A stretch of 20,732 bases of DNA from positions 1 through 20,732 of the forward strand of contig JBBISH010000114.1 in assembly GCA_037441385.1 (NCBI GenBank), read 5' to 3'. The translations under genes were made by a program, and so were the position numbers. The stretch comes from Myxococcales bacterium. Its GTDB lineage: Bacteria > Myxococcota_A > UBA9042. This document shows positions 7,688 through 15,908 of the stretch, piece after piece; the stretch's first letter is position 1, and every line of letters starts with the position of its first letter. The notes beneath the pieces are model-generated. The model was given only the letters and a program-made list of their open reading frames with translations, was not told the DNA's origin and did no database searches.

Positions 7688-8992
7688 GTGCCGACGCGCC
7701 CCGATCTACAGCCCTCGGCGGTGCTTGGGCGACACCTGCTGCCCTTGGCCGTGCTGGTGTGGGCGCTGGTCGCGGGCGTGGCCCCGCTGGGCCAAGGGCT
7801 GCTGCAACTGGCCGAACTGGAAGATCGCGGCGATCGGCTGGCCGCCCGCGTAGCCGCGCTGGTGGACCGCGAGACGACCTGGCAGGCGCAACTGTGGCGC
7901 TACGACACGCAGAAACTCCGTGAACAGATTGAGCTTTTGCGCGCGACCGAGGGGCTGGCGGCGGTCCTGGTCGAGCACGCAGGATCGGTGGCGGTGGCGG
8001 TGCCAAGTCCCGACGCGGCGGCGCTGCAGGCCCCGCAGGTGATCTGGCGGCTGGGCGCGACCCGTGGCGCGGTGCCAGCGCGCGTGCACGTCGCCGTGGC
8101 GCTGGCGCCCCTGTGGCAGCGGATGGCGTGGTTGGCGGCCCTATTCGGCGCCCTGGCCAGCAGTCTGGCGGCGCTGCTGTATTGGCTGCCCCTGCGCACG
8201 GTGCGATCGGCCGAGCGGCGTATCCGCGAGTTGGTTGTAGAACTACAGAACTCTAAAGGTGAACTACAAGGTCTTGCCGACACACTCGAGCAGCGTGTGG
8301 CCGAGCGTTCGGCCCAACTGGCGCGCGCCGCAGAACAGTTGCGCGAGCTGACGGCGCGCAGCGCTCGGCTGCAAGAAGACGAACGGCGCAGCATCGCCCG
8401 CGATCTGCACGACGGCATTGGCCAGACGCTGACGGCCCTGCGCCTGCAACTTCAAGCTCGCACAGCGAAATATCCGGTCGACGACCGCGACTTGCCGCTG
8501 CTCTTGGGCCTGGTGGACCAAGCCCTGGACGAGACCCGCCGCGCGGTGCGCCGCCTGGCCCCGCCTCTTTTGGCCGAGTTGGGCCTGGTGGCGGCCGTTC
8601 GCCAAATGGCCGATGCGCTGATGGCACGCGGTCAACTGACCATTGAACTGGCCGTCGAGCCAGCGGATCTGGCCAACAACCACGGCCTGGGTGCAGCCTT
8701 GGATCTGGCCTGCTTCCGCATCGTGCAAGAGGCGCTGACCAACGCCGCCCGCCACAGCCGCGCCAGCGAGGTCGAAGTGACCCTGCGCGCCGACGCACAG
8801 CACCTACACTGCGAAATTCACGACAATGGTTGCGGCTTCGACCCCGCGCAAGTCCTGGACGGTCACGGCCTGGCGGGGATGCGCGAGCGCGCCGCTCTGC
8901 TGGGCGGGGAACTGCAAGTCGCCACCTCCCCAGGTCAGGGTTGCCGGGTGACTGCTCGCTTGCCGCTTTCGCCGGGGACGGCGCCGCGCTAG
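7688..8992 (+). CDS. membrane sensor histidine kinase, HisKA_3 (NarX/UhpB) type
   Basis: Two TM segments, coiled coil, H-box ERRSIARDLHDGIGQ, N-box QEALTNAARHS, DNGCGF, GHGLAGMRER. GTG start 2 nt after the upstream stop. Confidence 0.92.
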   Translation: MPTRPDLQPSAVLGRHLLPLAVLVWALVAGVAPLGQGLLQLAELEDRGDRLAARVAALVDRETTWQAQLWRYDTQKLREQIELLRATEGLAAVLVEHAGSVAVAVPSPDAAALQAPQVIWRLGATRGAVPARVHVAVALAPLWQRMAWLAALFGALASSLAALLYWLPLRTVRSAERRIRELVVELQNSKGELQGLADTLEQRVAERSAQLARAAEQLRELTARSARLQEDERRSIARDLHDGIGQTLTALRLQLQARTAKYPVDDRDLPLLLGLVDQALDETRRAVRRLAPPLLAELGLVAAVRQMADALMARGQLTIELAVEPADLANNHGLGAALDLACFRIVQEALTNAARHSRASEVEVTLRADAQHLHCEIHDNGCGFDPAQVLDGHGLAGMRERAALLGGELQVATSPGQGCRVTARLPLSPGTAPR

Positions 8993-9001
8993 GCTTGCCC
9001 C

Positions 9002-9646
9002 ATGCGCATCCTTCTCGTTGACGATCACACCATCGTTCGCCAGGGGTTGCTGGCCTTGCTGGGCACGGCGCCAGGGCTGGCGGTCGTGGGCGAAGCTGGG
9101 AGCGCCGCCGAGGCGATCACGCTGGCTGGGGAACTCCATCCGGACGTGGCGGTGATGGACCTGAGCCTGCCCGATCGGCCCGGTCCAGAGGCCATCGCGG
9201 GACTGCGCGCCGCCAGCCCCTCTACAGAAGTCCTGGTTCTGTCGATGCACGATGGCGAGGACTACGTGCGGCCCGCATTGCGAGCCGGCGCGCGGGGTTA
9301 TCTGGTCAAAGGTTCTGGGCTGCAGGATCTGATTGCAGCGATCCGCGCGGTCGCCTTGGGGCACGCGTTCTTCAGCCCAACCGTGGCCGCGCTCCTGTTG
9401 CACGATGCGGGCGCCGATCCCACTAGTCCGCAGGCCCAGTTGCGCCACCTCTCAGCCCGAGAACAGGAGGTGCTGCGTTGGGTGGTGCTGGGCAAGACCA
9501 GTGGCGACATCGGCGAGCTGCTAGGTATTTCTACCAAGACCGTAGAGGCCCATCGCGCCAACCTGGGTGCCAAGCTGGACTTGCACGACGTCCCGGCCCT
9601 GGTCCGGTTTGCCATTCGCGCCGGGCTGATCTCGGCCGACATCTAG
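9002..9646 (+). CDS. NarL/FixJ-family response regulator (REC + LuxR HTH)
   Basis: LLVDDH, VMDLSLP, GYLVKG, LSAREQEVL...LGISTKTVEAHRANL. Confidence 0.95.
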   Translation: MRILLVDDHTIVRQGLLALLGTAPGLAVVGEAGSAAEAITLAGELHPDVAVMDLSLPDRPGPEAIAGLRAASPSTEVLVLSMHDGEDYVRPALRAGARGYLVKGSGLQDLIAAIRAVALGHAFFSPTVAALLLHDAGADPTSPQAQLRHLSAREQEVLRWVVLGKTSGDIGELLGISTKTVEAHRANLGAKLDLHDVPALVRFAIRAGLISADI

Positions 9647-9659
9647 GTAGATCTACCTA
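9644..9659. promoter_or_regulatory. perfect 16-bp palindrome, candidate response-regulator operator
   Basis: TAGGTAGATCTACCTA, AT-rich for this DNA, 75 bp upstream of the beta-barrel gene start; overlaps the regulator stop codon. Confidence 0.6.
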
Positions 9660-9734
9660 ACCCGTGTGAGCACCTTGCCGAATTGCCAAGTTGGCCGCGA
9701 CCCGCGATCCTCTTGGCATCTGCTTGGAGGCATC

Positions 9735-10679
9735 ATGCGTTTCCATCCTTCCATTCTGGCGGCCGTCACTGGTCTTGCCGCGTTGTGCGCGCCGGCGCAT
9801 GCCGACTCGGGCGCCCTGCCCGCTCCTGCCCACCAAGCCGAAGCCGATGCGCGCGACTCGACGCCGACCGGCGACGAGAGTTCGGCCCAACCCTGGCGCA
9901 TGCCCCGCATCCAGATCAAAGGCAAGCCGGCGCCCGAACTGCGCGAAGAGGACCCGATCGGCGACTACCAACAGCCGCGCTGGACGGCCAACCGCCGCTT
10001 CCCGGGCACGCGCATCTATGTGGTGCCCAAGGGCAAGGCCACAGTGGAGTATTGGCAGCGCGTCAACGCGCCGCTGGGCAACTTGGTGGATGCGCGCAAC
10101 ATTCAATCGTACTACGAGCTGGAGCTGGGCCTGGGCCACCGCCTGCAGCTGGACGTGTACCTGACCACCGAGCAGAAGGGCTGGAAGGGCGACTTCGGCT
10201 TGAAGAAAGAGAAGTTGGAGCTGCGGTACGCCCTGGCGGACTGGGGCCAACTTTGGGGCAATCCCACGCTCTACCTAGAGTGGAGCCGCGTGCACGGCGA
10301 TACGGACTTCTGCGAGGGCAAGCTGTTGCTGGGCGATCAACTGGCGCCTTCGTGGCACTGGGGCCTGAACCTGGCCTTTGAGACCAGCTTGGGCGGCGAT
10401 TGGACGCACGAATTCGTTCTGAGCGGCGGCATCTCCAAGACCGTGAGCGACCAGGGCCTTTCGGTGGGTCTGGAGGGCAAGACCGGCGTGCTGAACAAGC
10501 GCGGCAGTCGTTTCAAGGACTTTGTGGAACAGGCTCACTTGGTCGGCCCCAGCGTGGCGTTCTACCCGGTGCCCGCCATGCACGTCTTGGCGACCGTGCT
10601 GGTGGGCGTGCAAGGCGAGGCCGGTCACGGCTACGAGGGCGCGCTGGAGTCGTGGCTGATTGGCGGCTGGACGTTCTGA
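9735..10679 (+). CDS. putative outer-membrane beta-barrel protein of unknown function
   Basis: RBS GGAGG, signal peptide ending AHA, alternating amphipathic strands (YYELELGLG, LQLDVYL, LELRYAL, WHWGLNL), C-terminal WLIGGWTF consistent with a BAM beta-signal. Confidence 0.75.
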   Translation: MRFHPSILAAVTGLAALCAPAHADSGALPAPAHQAEADARDSTPTGDESSAQPWRMPRIQIKGKPAPELREEDPIGDYQQPRWTANRRFPGTRIYVVPKGKATVEYWQRVNAPLGNLVDARNIQSYYELELGLGHRLQLDVYLTTEQKGWKGDFGLKKEKLELRYALADWGQLWGNPTLYLEWSRVHGDTDFCEGKLLLGDQLAPSWHWGLNLAFETSLGGDWTHEFVLSGGISKTVSDQGLSVGLEGKTGVLNKRGSRFKDFVEQAHLVGPSVAFYPVPAMHVLATVLVGVQGEAGHGYEGALESWLIGGWTF

Positions 10680-10694
10680 CGGCGGCCCAAGCCG

Positions 10695-12104
10695 CTACTG
10701 CACGCGCTCGATGCGGAAATTGCGGCCCTTGATCCGCAGGCTTTGCAGCCGGGCCAGCAGTTGCCCCAGCACGGGTTGGGCGATCGCGACGTAGGTGAGG
10801 CGCTCGCCGATCTCGATCCGGCCGATGCCGCCGGCCTGGAGCCCCGCTTCGCCGGTCAGAGCGCCCAGGATGTCGCTGGCGCGCAGCTTGTCTTTGCGGC
10901 CACCGCTGATGAAAAGGGTGTCGACTGCGGCGCTGCTCGCCGGACCGGGCGCGTGATGCGGGTTGTGAGTCGGCACCGGTTGGCGCTCGATCTTCCCCAC
11001 GCCGGCGGCCTCGCAGGCGGCCAATTTGTCGGCGTCGCCCGGCCCGACCAGAGCAATCGCCAGCCCTGGCACGCCAGCTCGGCCCGTACGGCCAATGCGG
11101 TGCACATAAACCTCTGGCGAGCCTGCAAATTCGAACTGCACCACCGCCGCCAGTCCAGCCACGTCTAGCCCGCGCGCCGCCACGTCGGTCGCCACCAGCA
11201 CGCGCACCGTGCCGTTGCGGAATTTGGCCATGACCTTGTCGCGCTCGCGCTGGTCCAGGTCGCCGTGGAGCGCGTCGGCCGCAAAACCGGCCTTGGCCAA
11301 AAGCAGGGCGACGCTGCGGGCCGACTCTTTGAAATTACAGAATACCAGCGCCGAGGCTGGCTTGTGCGCGCGCAGCACCGCACCCAGCGCGGCCTGGCGG
11401 TCCTGGGGCGCGACTGGGTGGACAATCTGCCGGATCAAGGGCCGATGTTCGGCGGACTCGGCGACGCGAACGTGGACCGCGTGCCGCTGCCAGGTGCGGC
11501 TCATGGCGGCGATCGTCGCGGGCAGCGTGGCCGAAAACAGCAGTGTCTGCCTGGGCGTGGGCAGGGCCCGCAAGATGGTCTGCACCGCGTCGGCAAAGCC
11601 CATGTCCAGCATGCGATCGGCTTCGTCCAGCACCACCGTCCGCAGCGTGGCCAGATCCAGGCCGCGGCCCAGGTGGTCCACCACGCGCCCCGGCGTCCCC
11701 ACGACCAAATGAGCCCCTTCTTCCAACGACTTGCGTTGCGGAGCCGCGGGCGTTCCCCCACACAGCAGTATCACGCGTAGACCCGGTCGATGCCGGCCAA
11801 AAGTACGAATCGACGCCGCAACTTGCGTGGCCAACTCGCGCGTGGGGCACAGCACCAGGGCTTGGATCGTCCGTTGCGCCAGATCCATCCCCTCTAGGAT
11901 CGGCAGCGCGAAGGCCAGGGTCTTGCCACTGCCCGTTGGGGCTTCGCCCAGCAGGTCGCGACCGGCCAGCAGCGGCGGCAAGGCCAGGGTCTGGATCGGC
12001 GTGGGCTGATCAAAGCGCAGCTCGCGCACCACCCGCAACGAAGGCTCGCTCAGACCAAGGTCTTGGAAACTAGGGGTGTTTGGGGTCTCGGCTGGGGTCG
12101 TCAT
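10695..12104 (-). CDS. dbpA: ATP-dependent DEAD-box RNA helicase DbpA
   Basis: Q motif PTPIQ, APTGSGKT, PTRELA, TPGR, DEAD, SAT, ARGLD, HRIGRTGR, plus C-terminal DbpA RNA-binding domain GGRKDKLRASDILGALTG. Confidence 0.92.
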   Translation of the reverse strand: MTTPAETPNTPSFQDLGLSEPSLRVVRELRFDQPTPIQTLALPPLLAGRDLLGEAPTGSGKTLAFALPILEGMDLAQRTIQALVLCPTRELATQVAASIRTFGRHRPGLRVILLCGGTPAAPQRKSLEEGAHLVVGTPGRVVDHLGRGLDLATLRTVVLDEADRMLDMGFADAVQTILRALPTPRQTLLFSATLPATIAAMSRTWQRHAVHVRVAESAEHRPLIRQIVHPVAPQDRQAALGAVLRAHKPASALVFCNFKESARSVALLLAKAGFAADALHGDLDQRERDKVMAKFRNGTVRVLVATDVAARGLDVAGLAAVVQFEFAGSPEVYVHRIGRTGRAGVPGLAIALVGPGDADKLAACEAAGVGKIERQPVPTHNPHHAPGPASSAAVDTLFISGGRKDKLRASDILGALTGEAGLQAGGIGRIEIGERLTYVAIAQPVLGQLLARLQSLRIKGRNFRIERVQ

Positions 12105-12203
12105 GGCGCGGGCTCGCGCACCGCAGGGCAATCGAGGCTGCAGCGCGGCCGCGGAGTCTACGCGCCCTTGCCGGCAGCCGAAACCGAATTTTGCCAGAGC
12201 CCG

Positions 12204-12590
12204 CTATTCTTCGCCGCGAACCCGCCCGCGCTGGGCCTTGATGGCCGCACGGCGCACTTTGTCGGCCAGCCGCCTGCGCTTTTGCGCTTTGGGCACGGCC
12301 GTGTCCACACGCTGGCTAGGCTCCACGGCGGCCGCCACCAGCAGGGCCATCAGGCGGGCCAACGCGTCGCGCCGGTTTTGCAGCTGGCTGCGGTGGCTCT
12401 GCGCCACTACCCGCACCGAGTCGCCCAGTTGCTCGCGCACCCGCGGCGGCAAGTCGGGAATCTGTGTGAGGTCCAGGACATACTCAACGCGCGAGTCGGT
12501 GCGATTGACGTGCTGGCCGCCCGCGCCACTGGACCGCGACGTCCGGATGGTCAGTGCGCTTTCGGGCCAAGTGGGCTGCCAGTCGATCAT
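12204..12590 (-). CDS. arfB: alternative ribosome rescue peptidyl-tRNA hydrolase ArfB (YaeJ)
   Basis: RSSGAGGQHVN, RSQLQNR, basic tail KRRRLADKVRRAAIKAQR; 128 aa. Confidence 0.92.
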   Translation of the reverse strand: MIDWQPTWPESALTIRTSRSSGAGGQHVNRTDSRVEYVLDLTQIPDLPPRVREQLGDSVRVVAQSHRSQLQNRRDALARLMALLVAAAVEPSQRVDTAVPKAQKRRRLADKVRRAAIKAQRGRVRGEE

Positions 12591-12869
12591 CGCGTCCGCG
12601 CCTGGGCCGGCAGGTGGCCGGTGCCCCAGGATATCGGCCGCACACCCCCGGCGTCGAGGCACGCAATCGTCCCCGATCCGCCGCTTTGGGCGCAACTCGG
12701 CGTTGCTGCGTCGTCCCAGCTACGGGTTGCCCCACTGGGGCGACCCGTTCACCCTTCGGGCGACCGCTGGGGCCCTTCTCCCTGCGGCGACCGCTAGGTC
12801 GCCTCAGTCGATCCGCTCCTTGCGCCTTGATTTGCATCCAGGGGTCCCCGTGGTGGCCGCAGGCCAGAA

Positions 12870-12890
12870 AAGCAGTCCAGTGGACTGCTT
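12870..12890. promoter_or_regulatory. 10-1-10 inverted repeat, candidate operator
   Basis: AAGCAGTCCA-G-TGGACTGCTT in the divergent arfB/amidohydrolase intergenic region. Confidence 0.45.
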
Positions 12891-12940
12891 CTCAGCGGGG
12901 ATCGGCGGCCGGGGCGAATTTCGGTGGTGGACCCTGGTCG

Positions 12941-12969
12941 TTGACGGGTGCCGCGCCGGGCCCTAGTCT
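12941..12969 (+). promoter_or_regulatory. sigma70 promoter, probably giving a leaderless mRNA
   Basis: TTGACG-17-TAGTCT with only 6 nt before ATG 12976 and no Shine-Dalgarno. Confidence 0.6.
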
Positions 12970-12975
12970 GCAAGC

Positions 12976-14664
12976 ATGGTTGCACGGTTCCCCCCACCAG
13001 CCTCGCCTACCTCTTCTTCTCCTTGTGCGGCTACCTCGGCGTGGGCTGGCGGCACTCCCCGGCGGCGCTGGCCGCAGCTGGGCCTGATCGCGGCGGTTCT
13101 GGCGGCGTGCGCGCCCGCGGAAGACCCCGCCGACAGTGGCGATCGTGCCGGCGACGCGGACAATGGTGGCGTGATCCTGGATGTGTCGAGCAAGGTCGAC
13201 GCGATGCCCCAGCCGGATCTGGTCGCGGATACGCAGATTTTGGACCAAGTCGGGCCAATGCCGCCCAGCTACTTGATCGTGGGTACCGTGGTGACGCCGG
13301 CCGAGGTGTTTGCCGGCCAGGTCCTGGCCGTTGGCGCGACGATCACCTGCGCCGAGCCGGGGACCACCTGCGAGCAGCGCCCCGACGCCGCCGGCGCCCA
13401 CCGCATCGAGACCAAGGGCCTGATCCTCCCCGGCCTCATCGACATGCACAACCACATCTTGTTCGACATCTTTGACGACGACGATTGGTTGCCGCTCAAG
13501 TCGTACGCCGACCACAACGAGTGGCCCAAAGAGGCGCGCTACGCGGCGATGCTGGACGTCAAGCAGTGCCTAGAGAACGCGTCGCAAGGCAAGCCTTCCT
13601 GGTGCATGGCACCGTACAACAGCAAGGAAGGCAACCTGAAGTGCGAAATGGACAAGTGGGGCGAGCTCAAGGGCCTGGTCGCCGGCACCACCAGCATCGT
13701 AGGTTTGGCCGGCACGACCTCGCCCTGCTTTGCCTCGGTGGCGCGGAGCATCGACGCTGCGCAAAACGGCGTGGGCAACGACAAAGTGCAGACGAGCGCC
13801 CTGTTTCCACCTTCGACCGCTGCCGCCGACGGGGTGTGCAAAAACTTCGCCAAAGGCGAGACCGTGGCCTACCTCATCCACTGCGGCGAGGGCGTCAACG
13901 ACAAGGCCAAGGCCGAGTTCACCACCCTTGGCACCGTCTCGGCCGAAGCCGGCTGCCTGCTAGTTCCCGGGACCGTGATCACCCACGGCACCGCGTTTGA
14001 CCCGCCGATCTTCGAGAAGATGGCCAGTGCGGGCGTGAAATTGACCTGGTCGCCCGCGTCCAACGTGGCGCTGTACGGCAGCACGACCGATATCCCAGCC
14101 GCGATCGCTGCGGGCGTGCTCGTGTCGCTGGGGCCAGATTGGTCGATGGGCGGCAGCCAGAACATGCTGGACGAAATGCGTTTTGCCGACGCGTGGGACA
14201 ATAGCCACTGGAACGACAAGTTGAGCCCCAAGGACCTATTGCAGATGGCGACGGTCCACGCAGCGCAGTCGCTGGGTCTGGGCGATCGCCTGGGACAGCT
14301 CAAGGCGGGCATGCTGGCGGATTTGTTCATCATCGACGGCGATTCGGCCGCGCCGTACGACGCGCTGCTCAAGGCGACGCCGGCGCAAGTCCAACTGGTG
14401 ATGGTGGGTGGCGAACCGCTGTACGGCGATGCAGCGCGCCTGCCCCCCGGCTATGGCGGCGACCGCTGCGAACTGCAGGCCGTGTGCGGACGCGACAAGT
14501 TTTTCTGCATCGCCATGGCCGACACCGACGCCAAACTTGGGCAGAAAGTGGCCGACATCAAAGCGGCTCTTGAACAGGCGATGCTCGACGTGGACGCAGC
14601 CACCACCAGCGACGGCTGGAACTTTGCGCCGCTGGCGCCCCTGGTCAAATGCGCGAAACCGTGA
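12976..14664 (+). CDS. metal-dependent amidohydrolase-superfamily lipoprotein (deaminase-like)
   Basis: PGLIDMHNH, GTTS, HCGEG, THG, PDW, GQLKAGMLADL; lipobox VLAAC; many cysteines. Start uncertain. Confidence 0.85.
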   Translation: MVARFPPPASPTSSSPCAATSAWAGGTPRRRWPQLGLIAAVLAACAPAEDPADSGDRAGDADNGGVILDVSSKVDAMPQPDLVADTQILDQVGPMPPSYLIVGTVVTPAEVFAGQVLAVGATITCAEPGTTCEQRPDAAGAHRIETKGLILPGLIDMHNHILFDIFDDDDWLPLKSYADHNEWPKEARYAAMLDVKQCLENASQGKPSWCMAPYNSKEGNLKCEMDKWGELKGLVAGTTSIVGLAGTTSPCFASVARSIDAAQNGVGNDKVQTSALFPPSTAAADGVCKNFAKGETVAYLIHCGEGVNDKAKAEFTTLGTVSAEAGCLLVPGTVITHGTAFDPPIFEKMASAGVKLTWSPASNVALYGSTTDIPAAIAAGVLVSLGPDWSMGGSQNMLDEMRFADAWDNSHWNDKLSPKDLLQMATVHAAQSLGLGDRLGQLKAGMLADLFIIDGDSAAPYDALLKATPAQVQLVMVGGEPLYGDAARLPPGYGGDRCELQAVCGRDKFFCIAMADTDAKLGQKVADIKAALEQAMLDVDAATTSDGWNFAPLAPLVKCAKP

Positions 14665-14670
14665 TTCCGT

Positions 14671-15139
14671 CTACGGTTGCGGCTTGATGAACGCCACGAA
14701 CGCCTGGTAGAGCCGATCTGCGTCGTCCGCGCGGCCAACCTGACGCAGCAGCTCGATCGCGCACTCGGCCGTACACAGGCCGCCGTCGATCTGGTGGTGA
14801 CGCAGGTTGTAGATCGAAGGGGCCGTTGGCTGCAGGGCCACCCGCGGCAGACCATGCAAGTACGGGCTACGCTGATGGATCTTGCGTGCGGTGAGCCAGG
14901 TGCCGTCGAGGATCACGTAGTGGTCGACGTGGGGCAGCTCGGCCGGCGCTCGCGCGACCACTGCCCGGCCACACCAGCGCGACCTGGCCGCGACCGATCG
15001 CGTCGAGCAGCGGCACAAACGGCCGCGTGCGCTCCCAGGCGACTTGCTCGGCCTGCTCGCCCAGCAACTCCACCACCAGTTGGCCGGTGTTCGAGCGCTT
15101 GCCGAACTCTTTGCGATGGGTGAGCAGCGTAATCTTCAT
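14671..15139 (-). pseudogene. DTW-domain protein (tRNA acp3U aminocarboxypropyltransferase family), split by a frameshift
   Basis: N-part MKITLLTHRKEFGKRSNTG...VALVWP in one frame; C-part YVILDGTW...SIYNLR...GLCTAEC in another. Total span 469 nt = 3n+1; the frame change lies at about 14935-14965. Confidence 0.8.
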
Positions 15140-15256
15140 GCGTGCGGCGGGTACCACGATAGTGGACGGACAGCAAGCCAAGGCCGTTGCCGGCAAAGAA
15201 GGCACGCGGCAGACTGGCGGGCGACCCGGGCAGCGGGTCCCAAGGACACGGACACC

Positions 15257-15811
15257 ATGCGCATCGGAATCGTCGGGGCCGCGGGCACCGGAAAGAGCAA
15301 TCTGGCCAAGGCCTTGGCCGCCCACTTGGGGGTACCGGTGATTCCAGACACCGTGCTGGCGGTGCTGCGCGAGCGCGGGCGCGACTCGTGGCGGGGGGTC
15401 GAGGCGGGCGACCGGCGCAAGATCCGCGAAGAGGCCCTGCGCCGCAAGGTATCGGCCGAGGCCGATGCTCCGGCATTCGTGTCGGACAAGACCAGCGTCG
15501 ACTACCTGGCCTACTGGTTGCAGAACCAGAGCGAGACCGAAGAACGCCATATCAATCAGGCATTTGTCGATCAGTGCAAAGCGAACGCGGCCACGTTCGA
15601 CGTGTTCGTCTACTTGCCCTACCGCGACCAGGTGGACTACGCCGTGGGCCGCAACCAGGACCCAATTCACAACTTGAAGGTGGCCGCGCACAAGCGGGGC
15701 CTGCTGGCGGTGCTGGGCCTGCCGCATGTCGAAGCGCCCTACTACTTTGGCGAGGACATGGCGGCCTGGACGCAGAAGTGGTTGCAACCATTTAGGACTT
15801 CAGGCGATTAG
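15257..15811 (+). CDS. small P-loop NTPase/kinase, NadR-C / AAA_28-like
   Basis: MRIGIVGAAGTGKS Walker A, FVSDKTSVDYLAY, FDVFVYLP; 184 aa. Confidence 0.8.
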   Translation: MRIGIVGAAGTGKSNLAKALAAHLGVPVIPDTVLAVLRERGRDSWRGVEAGDRRKIREEALRRKVSAEADAPAFVSDKTSVDYLAYWLQNQSETEERHINQAFVDQCKANAATFDVFVYLPYRDQVDYAVGRNQDPIHNLKVAAHKRGLLAVLGLPHVEAPYYFGEDMAAWTQKWLQPFRTSGD

Positions 15812-15838
15812 CCTGAGCAGCCAATTCAGCTGGCGCGG

Positions 15839-15867
15839 TTGACCCGGCCGGGCGGCGCGCATAGCCT
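15839..15867 (+). promoter_or_regulatory. candidate sigma70 promoter
   Basis: TTGACC-17-TAGCCT about 40 nt before ATG 15909. Confidence 0.55.
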
Positions 15868-15908
15868 GCAGAGCGGCCAGTGCTGGCCGACGCGACGAGG
15901 CCAACCCC

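Noticed and set aside
6630..9646. Naming the module pstS-phoR-phoB
   Set aside because: The kinase is HisKA_3-type and the regulator has a LuxR HTH; pstCAB and phoU are absent.
12720..12805. GC-rich hairpins and GGCGACC repeats as a possible ncRNA or riboswitch
   Set aside because: No recognisable family features; such pairing is common at this GC content. An Rfam search would be needed.
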